Positions 1 to 9,900 of a DNA stretch of 64,000 nucleotides are shown piece after piece. The notes beneath the pieces are model-generated. The model worked only from the letters and a program-made list of their open reading frames with translations. It did not search any database and was not told where the DNA came from. Within the stretch, counting starts at the first letter, position 1, and every line of letters begins with the position of its first letter. The stretch is from IMG/VR virus record IMGVR_UViG_2531839534_000003; one strand, 5' to 3'. The stretch is from a virus (Duplodnaviria; Caudoviricetes). Made by a program: the position numbers and the translations under genes.

Positions 1-903
1 CACCCAGAATTAAAAGACAGCCTTATGAAAGGATTACTTTCTGAACGTGACAAGAAAATGCTTATGAGTAAATTAGCAGATTTCCAAGTCAAGAATATGA
101 ATTGCTGGTTAAATGCTGATTCTAATAGCTTCTTAGATTTGAAAGATATAGAAAATGCGGTTATCCCTGAATTTGATATACGTGGTAAACGTGTCTATGT
201 TGGTCTTGACGCTTCAATGTTTAGCGATAACACGGCAATTGGCTTTGTATATCCATATTTAGGAGAAGATGGTAGCCAAAAATGGCATATTGAGCAACAC
301 AGTTTCATTCCTTGGCAACAAGCGGGGTCGCTTGAAGCTAAAATGGAGCAGGATGGAGTGAATTACCGTGATTTAGAACAGAAAGGTTACTGTACCATCA
401 CAAGCCATCCGCAGGGGCTTATCAATCCCGAGGAAGTTTATAGCTGGTTTTTAGATTATGTTGAAGACAATGCACTTGACGTTGTCTTTTTTGGTTATGA
501 CGCTATGGGGGTATCTAAAATAATCAAAGCGTTAGAATCTAATACAAGTTTCCCTTTGATGCCAATTAGACAGCGTACCAGTGAATTAAAAGACCCTACT
601 AAATTCCTTCAAACGCTATTTATCGAAGGCAATATTACACGCCTTGATGACGAAATCATGCGTAAAGCCTTGATAAATGCCGTTATCAAAGAGGACAACA
701 TCGGTATTCAAGTAGATAAAATGAAGTCAACGTATAAAATTGATGTAGTAGATGCGCTTATAGATGGTTTTTACGATGGGATGTATGCATTTGAAGACTA
801 TGCAATTACGAATAATCCCACATGGAAAGTAGAACATATGTCACAGGAAGCTGTTTTAAACTGGCTACAAAATCCTGATAGTGGCATGCTAGATGAATAT
901 TAG
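1..903 (+). CDS. Terminase large subunit, C-terminal nuclease part (5' end outside window)
   Basis: Frame open from base 1; VYVGLDASMFSDNTA, GYDAMG and KIDVVDALID motifs; precedes portal. Confidence 0.93.
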   Translation, partial: HPELKDSLMKGLLSERDKKMLMSKLADFQVKNMNCWLNADSNSFLDLKDIENAVIPEFDIRGKRVYVGLDASMFSDNTAIGFVYPYLGEDGSQKWHIEQHSFIPWQQAGSLEAKMEQDGVNYRDLEQKGYCTITSHPQGLINPEEVYSWFLDYVEDNALDVVFFGYDAMGVSKIIKALESNTSFPLMPIRQRTSELKDPTKFLQTLFIEGNITRLDDEIMRKALINAVIKEDNIGIQVDKMKSTYKIDVVDALIDGFYDGMYAFEDYAITNNPTWKVEHMSQEAVLNWLQNPDSGMLDEY

Positions 904-916
904 AGGTATAAAAGAT

Positions 917-1114
917 ATGATTGTAAAATTTTTTAAAGTAATTTGGGCAATTTTTGACATTATTATGTTTGTTTTGGCAGCAGTTACAGTTAATTTAACC
1001 ACATATTATCAACAGCATATTGCATTTGGTATTAGTATGACAATTACTTTTATTTTAGCTGGTTTAATTAGTGAATTATTATCTGGGAAAAATATTAATA
1101 AATTGCCTGAATAG
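917..1114 (+). CDS. Small 2-TM phage protein (DUF1056-like) between terminase and portal
   Basis: GAGGT RBS at 903-907 favours ATG 917; two hydrophobic helices; typical position. Confidence 0.7.
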   Translation: MIVKFFKVIWAIFDIIMFVLAAVTVNLTTYYQQHIAFGISMTITFILAGLISELLSGKNINKLPE

Positions 1115-1128
1115 AAGGGGGAAATAGT

Positions 1129-2298
1129 GTGCCAGTTTTTAGTTTTATAAATCAAATAACTGAAGATCCACCAAAATTAGATGGAGAATTCTTTAATATA
1201 GATGACTATAACTTTCTAAAGCCTAATCTTAGTGGGAATGAGTGGGTGTCTGCTAGTGCAGCCTTAAAAAACTCTGATTTATTTTCGATTATTAATCAGT
1301 TATCAAATGATTTAGCAACAGTTAAGTTAACTGCATCGAAAAAGCAATTTCAAGGAATTATTGATAATCCTACTAATACGGCAAATCAATTTGGTTTCTA
1401 TCAGTCAATATTTGCACAGCTATTATTAGGTGGAGAAGCCTTTGCCTATCGATGGAGAAATAACAATGGTCGAGACATTAAATGGGAATATTTACGACCA
1501 TCACAAATATCATTTAATCCACTAGATTATGAAAATGGGCTTTATTACAATATTTCGTTTGATAATCCAAAAACAAAGCCAAAGATTCATGTCCCACAAA
1601 ATGATGTATTACATTTCCGATTACTTTCTGTTGATGGTGGTAAATCTAGCGTTAGTCCGCTGATGTCACTAAGTCGTGAGCTTAATATTCAAAAGGCAAG
1701 TGATCACCTAACACTAAATTCACTAAAAAATGCATTAAATGCAAATGGTATCTTGAAAATAAAGGGTGGAGGACTATTAGATTTTAGAACTAAACAATCA
1801 CGTGCTAGACAAGCCATGAAGCAAATGAATGGTGGCCCTCTAGTTTTAGATGATTTAGAGGACTTTAAACCTTTAGAAATTAAATCTAACGTGGCACAGC
1901 TACTTAATCAAGCAGATTGGACCACAGGACAATTTGCAAAAGTCTATGGTATTCCAGAGAATGTAGTAGGAGGACAAGGAGATCAACAATCATCACTTGA
2001 AATGAGTTCTAATATTTATGCTAAGGCTGTCGCAAGGTACTTACGGCCAGTTATCAGCGAATTGTTACATAAATTAAATTGTGATATTGATACTGATTTA
2101 TTTCCAGCTGTAGATCCTACAGGTTCAAATTACATAAAGCGAGTTAATGAACTTGTTAAGAATGGTGTTGTTGCGCAAAATCAAGGTCTATACATGCTAC
2201 AACAAGCAGAAATTGTTCCAAAAGAATTACCACAAGGCAGAAATGATAATAATCATAATAAGTTTATGAAAGGAGGTGATGATAATGGGAAAGATTGA
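1129..2298 (+). CDS. HK97-family portal protein
   Basis: 389 aa; LLLGGEAFAY, DVLHFRLLS and AKVYGIP motifs. Confidence 0.93.
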   Translation: MPVFSFINQITEDPPKLDGEFFNIDDYNFLKPNLSGNEWVSASAALKNSDLFSIINQLSNDLATVKLTASKKQFQGIIDNPTNTANQFGFYQSIFAQLLLGGEAFAYRWRNNNGRDIKWEYLRPSQISFNPLDYENGLYYNISFDNPKTKPKIHVPQNDVLHFRLLSVDGGKSSVSPLMSLSRELNIQKASDHLTLNSLKNALNANGILKIKGGGLLDFRTKQSRARQAMKQMNGGPLVLDDLEDFKPLEIKSNVAQLLNQADWTTGQFAKVYGIPENVVGGQGDQQSSLEMSSNIYAKAVARYLRPVISELLHKLNCDIDTDLFPAVDPTGSNYIKRVNELVKNGVVAQNQGLYMLQQAEIVPKELPQGRNDNNHNKFMKGGDDNGKD

Positions 2299-2977
2299 TG
2301 TGAAAGGTGATATTGTCTCAAATGATGTTGGTGAATTTTATGATTGGTTTGGGATGTCTAGTACTTATCCTAAAAAGATTCAGCAAGCAATTGAAAATGA
2401 TGAAGATGATGAAATCATATTAGATGTAGCGTCAAATGGCGGAGATGTGTTTGCTGCTAGTGAAATCTATACAATGCTGAAAAGCTCTAAGAAAAATATT
2501 GTTGTTAATATTCAAGGTTTAGCAGCTTCAGCAGCTAGTGTTATTTCTATGGCTGGTAATACGGTTAGAATGAGTCCTACTGCCCATATCATGATTCATA
2601 AAGCTTCAACTATTTCCGCTGGGAATAGTGATAATTTTGAACATGAATCAATGATTTTAAATAGTATTGATGAATCAATTGCTAGTGCATATGAAATGAA
2701 AACTGGAATGGCACAAACAGATCTATTACATTTAATGTCTCAAGAAACATGGTTAAATGCTAAGAATGCATTAGATAAAGGCTTTATAGATGAAATTATG
2801 TTTCTAGATGAGAAAGATAGTACTCATACTTTTGAGAATACTACGCATGTTTTACCAACTAAAGCAGCACTTAATAAATTTAAAAATATAATCGCAAAAG
2901 ATAAATTAAATAAACATTCAAGCCAGCCTACTAACTCATTAAGAGATCGTAAACTGGCTATTTTACTTGAAAAATAA
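2285..2977 (+). CDS. ClpP-type (S14) prohead maturation protease
   Basis: SNGGDVF, GLAASAAS (Ser), IMIHKAS (His), ETWLNA; AGGAGG at 2271-2276 favours ATG 2285. Confidence 0.92.
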   Translation: MGKIDVKGDIVSNDVGEFYDWFGMSSTYPKKIQQAIENDEDDEIILDVASNGGDVFAASEIYTMLKSSKKNIVVNIQGLAASAASVISMAGNTVRMSPTAHIMIHKASTISAGNSDNFEHESMILNSIDESIASAYEMKTGMAQTDLLHLMSQETWLNAKNALDKGFIDEIMFLDEKDSTHTFENTTHVLPTKAALNKFKNIIAKDKLNKHSSQPTNSLRDRKLAILLEK

Positions 2978-2989
2978 GAGAGGATTAAT

Positions 2990-4210
2990 ATGAAAACATC
3001 AAATGAACTACATGACCTTTGGATTGCTGAAGGAGATAAAGTAGAAAATATGAATGAAAAGTTGAATGCAGCTCTTCTAGACGATTCTGTATCTGCTGAA
3101 GAATTGCAAGAAATTAAAAATGCGCGTGATACAGCAAAAACTCGTCGTGATATGTTTAAGGAGCAATATGTAGAGGCTCGAGCTTCAGAAGTTGTAGAAA
3201 TGAAAGAAAAACCAACTCTAACAGAAGAAGAAACAACTTTAAAAAATACCTTTATTTCTAATTTTAAAAATATGATTAAAGGGAAACCTTTTTCAAATGC
3301 TTCAAGTCCAGCAACACCACATCTTGTATCATCAGGTGAAGCAGATGATACAGAAGGAAATGGAGGACTTACAATTCCTAAAGATATCCGTACTGCTATT
3401 ATGGAATTGACACGTCAGTTTGAAAATCTTCAAAGCTTAGTAACTGTTGAAAATACATCAGTCAAAGAAGGTTCTCGTAATATTAATTCTATTACAACAA
3501 TTACACCTCTTGTTAAACTAAATGATGAAGACACAGATATTACAGAATTAGAAGGTCCTAAACTTCATATTGTTAAATATCTTATTGCTGACTACGCGGG
3601 TATCTTAACAGTGACAAATAATCTATTGTCTGACTCTGCTGAAAACATTTTAGCCTGGTTAACTAATGAAATTGCTAAAAAGGTAGTTGTCACTCGTAAT
3701 ACAGCTATTTTAGCATCTTTTGGAAAAACTCCAAGAAAGCCAAATGTGACAAAATTTGATGATATTAAAGATGTTTTTTATAGTCTTGATCCAGCGCTTC
3801 GACCAAATGGAATGTGGATTACAAATACTTCAGGAATTAGAATTCTTGCAAAAGTAAAAAATGCTAATGGTGATTATTTACTTCAAAAAGATGTTACACG
3901 TCCAGATACATACTTAATGGAAGGTAAAATTATTAAAGAAATTAATGATGTACAATTACCAGATACAGCAACTAGCACTCATCCATTATACTTTGGTGAT
4001 ACAAAAGCTTATGCAACTTTATTCGATCGTCAAAATATGTCACTTGCAACTTCTACTGAAGCTGGTAATGCTTTCTATCGTAATCAAACAAAACTTCGTG
4101 TTATTGATCGCTTTGATGTTCAAGTAGTAGATAAAGATGCTTTAGTTGCTGCATCATTTAAAGCTGTAGCAGATCAAGAAGGTAACGTAAAAGCAACTAC
4201 AGCTGGATAA
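2990..4210 (+). CDS. HK97-fold major capsid protein with N-terminal coiled-coil delta domain
   Basis: GGLTIPKDIRTAI and RVIDRFDVQVVD motifs; position. Confidence 0.93.
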   Translation: MKTSNELHDLWIAEGDKVENMNEKLNAALLDDSVSAEELQEIKNARDTAKTRRDMFKEQYVEARASEVVEMKEKPTLTEEETTLKNTFISNFKNMIKGKPFSNASSPATPHLVSSGEADDTEGNGGLTIPKDIRTAIMELTRQFENLQSLVTVENTSVKEGSRNINSITTITPLVKLNDEDTDITELEGPKLHIVKYLIADYAGILTVTNNLLSDSAENILAWLTNEIAKKVVVTRNTAILASFGKTPRKPNVTKFDDIKDVFYSLDPALRPNGMWITNTSGIRILAKVKNANGDYLLQKDVTRPDTYLMEGKIIKEINDVQLPDTATSTHPLYFGDTKAYATLFDRQNMSLATSTEAGNAFYRNQTKLRVIDRFDVQVVDKDALVAASFKAVADQEGNVKATTAG

Positions 4211-4227
4211 AAAAAGGGGGGTAAATA

Positions 4228-4542
4228 ATGACCGTTGAAAAGGATGATGTCATATTGACTTTAAATTTGGATGAAAGTGATGATATTGAGCTAATCCCAA
4301 ACTATATTAAATCTGCAGAAATTTTTATAAAAAATGCTGTTGGAGGGGATGATAAGTTTTATAGTAAAGAAAATGTGACTTACCTTTATGATACGGCTGT
4401 ACTATCCTTAGCAAGCACATACTATACCTATAGGATTGCTTTGTCAGATACAACTACTTATCCTATTGATCTGACTGTAAACAGTATTATTGGTCAATTA
4501 CGAGGATTGTATTCTATATATAGTGAAGGGGAGATTAATTAA
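4228..4542 (+). CDS. Head-tail connector (gp6-like)
   Basis: 104 aa after capsid; AVLSLASTYYTYR motif. Confidence 0.85.
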   Translation: MTVEKDDVILTLNLDESDDIELIPNYIKSAEIFIKNAVGGDDKFYSKENVTYLYDTAVLSLASTYYTYRIALSDTTTYPIDLTVNSIIGQLRGLYSIYSEGEIN

Positions 4543-4895
4543 TGACAAAGAGATATTCTCCAACAGATTTCAGACTAAAGGCAGACTTTGGTTCTTATGA
4601 ATCATCAACTAATCCTTACACAGGAATTAGCATGCCAAGTTTCTTAAAGCAGTTTACTCTACACTATAAACCACATACACGAACTTTAAATCAGGAATAT
4701 CTAGCCATTTCAGCTGGTGAGATTGAAACAAGAGTAATTGTAATTAGACATAATGTAAAAGTCATAGAAGGGCAAGTTGTTGATTTAAACGGGACATTAT
4801 ACGATATTATTAAGATTAGTCCAAATGAGAATTTTGGTTTTAATAAATACGACTTTTTAACTTTGAAAAGATCGAAGAAAGTAGGCCATAGCTAA
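4542..4895 (+). CDS. Head-tail adaptor / head closure protein
   Basis: 117 aa, VIVIRHN...YDIIKI pattern; synteny. Confidence 0.8.
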   Translation: MTKRYSPTDFRLKADFGSYESSTNPYTGISMPSFLKQFTLHYKPHTRTLNQEYLAISAGEIETRVIVIRHNVKVIEGQVVDLNGTLYDIIKISPNENFGFNKYDFLTLKRSKKVGHS

Positions 4896-5317
4896 TGGTT
4901 GGTTTAGATGAAGCCTTAAAAGAATGGCTTGAATCAGTATCAAATTTTAGTAGTTTATCTATTACTGAACAATCTAAAATCACAAAGGCTGGAGCTGAAG
5001 TTTTTAAAAATGAGCTTGCAAAAGTGACTAAAGAAAAGCACTATTCAAGTCATAAAGATCCGATTTACGGCCATATGGCTGATAGTCTGGCTATCCAGAA
5101 AACAAGTGTGGATGGTACTAAAAATGGGAAATCAACTGTTGGTTGGGAAAATAAATACCATGCTCAAAATGCAAGAAGATTAAACGATGGTACTAAAAAA
5201 TATACAGCTGATCATTTTGTTACAAATGTTCAAAATGATAAATCGGTCCAAAAAAAGGTAGTTTTAGCTGAAAAAGAAGAATATGAAAAAATTTTGAGAA
5301 AGAAAGGTGCTGAATAA
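4895..5317 (+). CDS. HK97 gp10-like neck/tail completion protein
   Basis: 140 aa; ARRLNDGTKK..ADHFV motif; synteny. Confidence 0.8.
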   Translation: MVGLDEALKEWLESVSNFSSLSITEQSKITKAGAEVFKNELAKVTKEKHYSSHKDPIYGHMADSLAIQKTSVDGTKNGKSTVGWENKYHAQNARRLNDGTKKYTADHFVTNVQNDKSVQKKVVLAEKEEYEKILRKKGAE

Positions 5318-5688
5318 TGTTAGCAACAATAGCATTGAAGAATTTACTTTTAGGTAAAGAATTTAGTGAAATAAGCGAAGTTTATGTAAACAACTTACCA
5401 AAAGAAATTCAAGAAAATACAGATAAGACAGTAATGTTGCTAAGAGAAGCGGACACCTCTATTGATTTATTTGGAAATGATACTTTTTTTGGAAAAAATT
5501 ATCAAATTGAAGTTCAGATTTTTTATAAATTGAATATTAATTTTGATTTAGAAGACTTTGAGACAAAACTGATGAAATTTCTTGTTTCGGAACACTATAA
5601 CATCACAGATATAAGAGAACACTCAATAGACCCCGATACATTACAGATGACGGCGGTCTTTTATGTTGCATATAAAAAAATAATTTAA
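5317..5688 (+). CDS. Tail terminator protein (DUF806-like)
   Basis: 123 aa immediately before major tail protein. Confidence 0.75.
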   Translation: MLATIALKNLLLGKEFSEISEVYVNNLPKEIQENTDKTVMLLREADTSIDLFGNDTFFGKNYQIEVQIFYKLNINFDLEDFETKLMKFLVSEHYNITDIREHSIDPDTLQMTAVFYVAYKKII

Positions 5689-5699
5689 AGGAGAAAAAT

Positions 5700-6311
5700 A
5701 TGGCAATTGTTGGTCTAAAAATGGTTACACTAGCATTAGTTGACCCTAAAACACAGAAATTACTTAAAGGAGAAGAAGGTTTATCCACTGGTGGAATTAT
5801 TGAAGTTGATAGTACAATGTTAGGTACTAAAACAGCAAATATTTCAAATTTGGAAGGAACAGCTACAAAAATATCAGGAAATAATGTTGTTCAAGATGTT
5901 ATAGTTGCACCAGGTTCTCCTGCTGTAGCTCTTGATTTTAATAACCTTGATTTTGAAATCAAGCAAAAATTATTAGGCTTTAGTTCTGATAAAAAAGGCG
6001 GATACGTATTGACTAAAGACAAGCCACATGTTGCAATGCTTGTAGAGTCAGAGACATTAGATCGTAAGAATTCTGTTTATTTTGGTTTTGCGAATGGTAT
6101 TATGCAAGAGTCAACACAAAATGTAGGTACTGATACAGATACTGCTCAAACTCGTCAAGATGATAATATTACCTACAATGCATTATCATCAATTTCCTTT
6201 GGTGGAGAACCTATTAAGAAATACTTTTCAGGGGCTAATTCTTTTGATAAATCAAGTATGCTTAAAGAAGTATTTGGTGGTTATGCAGCAACTGCAAATC
6301 AAGCTCAATAA
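5700..6311 (+). CDS. Major tail protein
   Basis: 203 aa, MAIVGLKMV start typical of streptococcal siphovirus MTP; followed by terminator. Confidence 0.88.
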   Translation: MAIVGLKMVTLALVDPKTQKLLKGEEGLSTGGIIEVDSTMLGTKTANISNLEGTATKISGNNVVQDVIVAPGSPAVALDFNNLDFEIKQKLLGFSSDKKGGYVLTKDKPHVAMLVESETLDRKNSVYFGFANGIMQESTQNVGTDTDTAQTRQDDNITYNALSSISFGGEPIKKYFSGANSFDKSSMLKEVFGGYAATANQAQ

Positions 6312-6317
6312 CTTTTT

Positions 6318-6341
6318 GGTCGCATTTAATGTGGCCTTTTT
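6318..6341 (+). terminator. Intrinsic terminator after major tail gene
   Basis: GGTCGCAT/ATGTGGCC stem then T-run. Confidence 0.7.
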
Positions 6342-6372
6342 ATTTTTATATTTAGTATAAGGAGAATGAATA

Positions 6373-6741
6373 GTGGAAATCAAAACAATTAAAATTCCTG
6401 AAATAGATAAGAAACCCTTTCAAGTATTGACAAGTAATCGTAATGTCATGAGAATGCATAAATATCAATTAGCTGTTTTAAAAGCAAGTGATGGTATTGA
6501 TGAAGAAGATACTATTGCACAAGCTGATGCTAGTTATCATGTTTTAAATGAAATGCTTAGTTTTATCAGATCAATTTTAAATTTAGATGATAAAGCATAT
6601 GAAAAGTTACTTGATATTGATTATTCAAGAACACAAGAAATTTCAGAAAAACTTGTTGGTTATATGTATGGTTTAACAGATAAGCAATTAGAAGAGGCAT
6701 CAGGTATTGATGACCCAAAAAAAGAAGTAAAAGAAGCATAG
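6373..6741 (+). CDS. Tail assembly chaperone (G); -1 frameshift extension (GT) to 6923
   Basis: Between MTP and TMP; slippery C CCA AAA at 6714-6720; -1 frame open to TAA 6921-6923. Confidence 0.85.
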   Translation: MEIKTIKIPEIDKKPFQVLTSNRNVMRMHKYQLAVLKASDGIDEEDTIAQADASYHVLNEMLSFIRSILNLDDKAYEKLLDIDYSRTQEISEKLVGYMYGLTDKQLEEASGIDDPKKEVKEA

Positions 6742-6947
6742 GCGAGCAAATTTTTGATATTGAAAATAGAATTGAGGATCTAAAAATTATTGCTAAGCAA
6801 TCTTTGATTAATTTTGGTTGGACATTAGATGAATATAATAATACAGATTATTATGAACTGTTGACAATATTAAAAGCTAAGGAAGTGGACGAAAGAGAAA
6901 GCGATCCAATGTCTCTTCTGTAATTTCAAGGAAAGGAGGAAATTATT

Positions 6948-9900
6948 ATGGTGAAAGTAAATGCTACGATGTCAACTGAAATAGCTCTTAATACGATACA
7001 GGCATCTGATTCCCTTAAACGGATTACTCAATTAGTTAATAGTGCAACAAGTGCCTGGAAAGCTCAGGAAAGTCAGTTACGTACTACTGGTGACTATCTA
7101 GGTGCTGCCCAAGCTAAATATGATGGTTTAGGAAACGCTATTCAACATCAACAGGAAAAAATTGAAAAACTTAGAAAAGAGCAATCTGAACTAAAAGGAA
7201 ATACAGTTGAAACAGCTGAACAATATTTAAAATATCAGCAACAAATCGACCAAGCTACAACTAAACTATCTTCTTTGGAAGTACAGCAACAAAAAGCTAA
7301 GTCAAGCATGGATTATTATAAATCTGGTCTTGGTGACTTGCAAAAAGAATATAAGCAACAGGTAGATTTATCTGAAACTTATATAAATCGTTTAAAAGCT
7401 GAAGGAAAGCAATCGGAAGCTAAGCAAGAAAAACTGAAACTTTTAAAAAGTTCTATTAATAACTTGAATAAGCAATATGAAGTTCAAGAAAATATGCTTA
7501 AAAAGGTTGCTAAAAATTCAGGTAATACTAGCAATGAGTATAAGCTACAAAAGAAACGGTTAGATGAAACAGCAACAAGTATTGCAAAAGCTAAGTCAAG
7601 CATGGACAAGCTAAATGCTGAAATTAAAGAGAGTCATAAGTCTTCAAGTTTAGTGGGACAACTTAAAAACAGTTTTACAAAGCTTAATAATAAAGTCGAT
7701 GAAACTGAACATAAGACCTCACGTTTAAAAGGCATTTTCAGTGCTACTTTTGCAGCAAATATTATTAGTAATGGTTTTCAAAACATTTTAGGTAGTATAA
7801 GAGGAAAAATTGATGACTTGATAAGCTCAAGTAGTGAATATGTTAAATATCAACAAACAATGAACGCTACATGGCTTACCTTAACTGGGAATGTTAAAGA
7901 AGGCCAAAAGATGGTTGATATTACAAACCAAATGGCACAAGCAGCAGCTAATTCTACTGAAATGGTTGATGGCATGAATCAAAAATTTTATGCTGTTACT
8001 CATAATGTTGAACTTACAAAGCAACAAACACAAGCCATTTTGACACTCCAAGATGCGTTTGGGCAAACAGATGCTGCAGTTGAAAATTTTAGTACTCAGT
8101 GGGCTCAAATGATTGCTAATGGTAAAGTTCAAGGACAAGATATGATGTCCATTATCAACGTCTTCCCTGAAATGAAGAATCAGTTGAAAGAAGTTGCTGG
8201 GCAAGAGTTGGGCATTGCTAACATAACCCAAGAGCAATATGCCAAATTGCAAAGCGATGGTAAGATTACCGCTGAAATGGCACAGAAAGCCTTGTTTGAG
8301 TTGCAAGACAAGTACAAGGATGCCACTGCTAACTTCTCAACTACCATTGGTGGCCTTGAAAGAACTATTCAGTCTCGTATGCCAGCGGTAGTTGCTGCTT
8401 TCCGTGGGCCAATCGATAAAATGAAGAATCCGTTCTTACAACAGATTGGGAACTGGGTTGCTGATCCTAACACTGAAGGCAAATTCAAAGAGCTTGGAGA
8501 GCACGTTTCCAAGGGTCTGGGTACTATCATGGATGCCTTTTCTAAGGTGTTTAACCTCGGAAATGGTACAGATAAGCTTAACGGCTTCATGGACAGTCTT
8601 AATAAACTTGTCGATAAACTAAGCAAGAGCATTGCTAAAAACGCACCTAAAATTGTAGCTTTTTTCAAGGAAGCAAAAGATAGTCTAATTGCACTTTTCA
8701 GCATTGGCAAAGACTTTGCTGGAGGTGTTTGGGAAACAGCAGTAGCCATGATTAAAGGTGTTGCTGGTGCGTTAGGAACGATGGCCGGGAACGGGAAAAA
8801 AGCTAAAGTCCCAGTCACATCACTATCCAAGGCATTGGGTAGCATTGCTCAACATAAAACAGCTATTAAAACAGTTGGTTCTTTGTTTGCGATGTACTTC
8901 GTTGGTTCTAAAGTGGCTTCAGGGGTAATGAAAGTTGCTCAAGCCATCAACTTTATGAAAAAATCTACGTTGGCTATGACTGTTGCACAAAAAGCAGCTG
9001 CAGCAGCTCAAAAAGTTGCAATGGGAGTACAATGGGCATTGAATGCAGCAATGTCTGCTAACCCAATCGGAGCTACTGTAGTAGCAATTGCAGCGCTTAT
9101 CGCAGGTTTCGTGATGCTTTATAAGCATAATAAGAAATTCAAGAAGTTTGTAGATGGGATCGCAAAATCTGTCAAAAATGGTATCGGCGTTGCTATTAAA
9201 TGGCTTAAAAATAAGTTTAGTGGCTTATCTAAAGGCTGGAAGAACTTCATTAAAGCTATCAAAAATGGGGCTAAGAAAGTCGTCGGGTTCTTCGTGAATG
9301 TTGGAAAAATCATTAAAAAAGTCATGACAACTATCGGTAAAATTCTAATCTTTACTAATCCAGTTGTTTTAGGATTTGCATTAATGTATAAACAAAGTCC
9401 TAAATTCCGTAAGTTTATTAAAAATATTGTTGGTTTCGTTGGAGATATGAAAAATGGTATTTCCAAGAAAACAAAACAAATAGGTAAAGATTGGAGTAAG
9501 CATTGGACTGATGTGAAAAAATCTGCCTCAAAAACTTGGAATAAGATCAATAATAATACTAAGAAAAGTACTGATAAACTTGCTAAAGAAATTAGAAAGA
9601 AGCAAGAGGATATTCATAACAAATGGAATAAGTCATGGAAAAGCTTAAGAGATTATTTATCTGATAGATGGGATGATATGAATGAGCTTACTAAAAAGAA
9701 ATTTGGTAAGGACATTAAAGGATTACTATTTGAAAATCTTGACAAAATAGGTAATAAATTTCAGGATACTTGGAATAAAATTAAAAAAGGTTTCTCTGAA
9801 CTTTGGTCTGGATTGAAGAGACTAGCTGGAGATGGTATTAATGCTGTGATTAAAATTCCTAATGCTGGAATTGATGGTATTAATAGTTTGATTTCTGATT

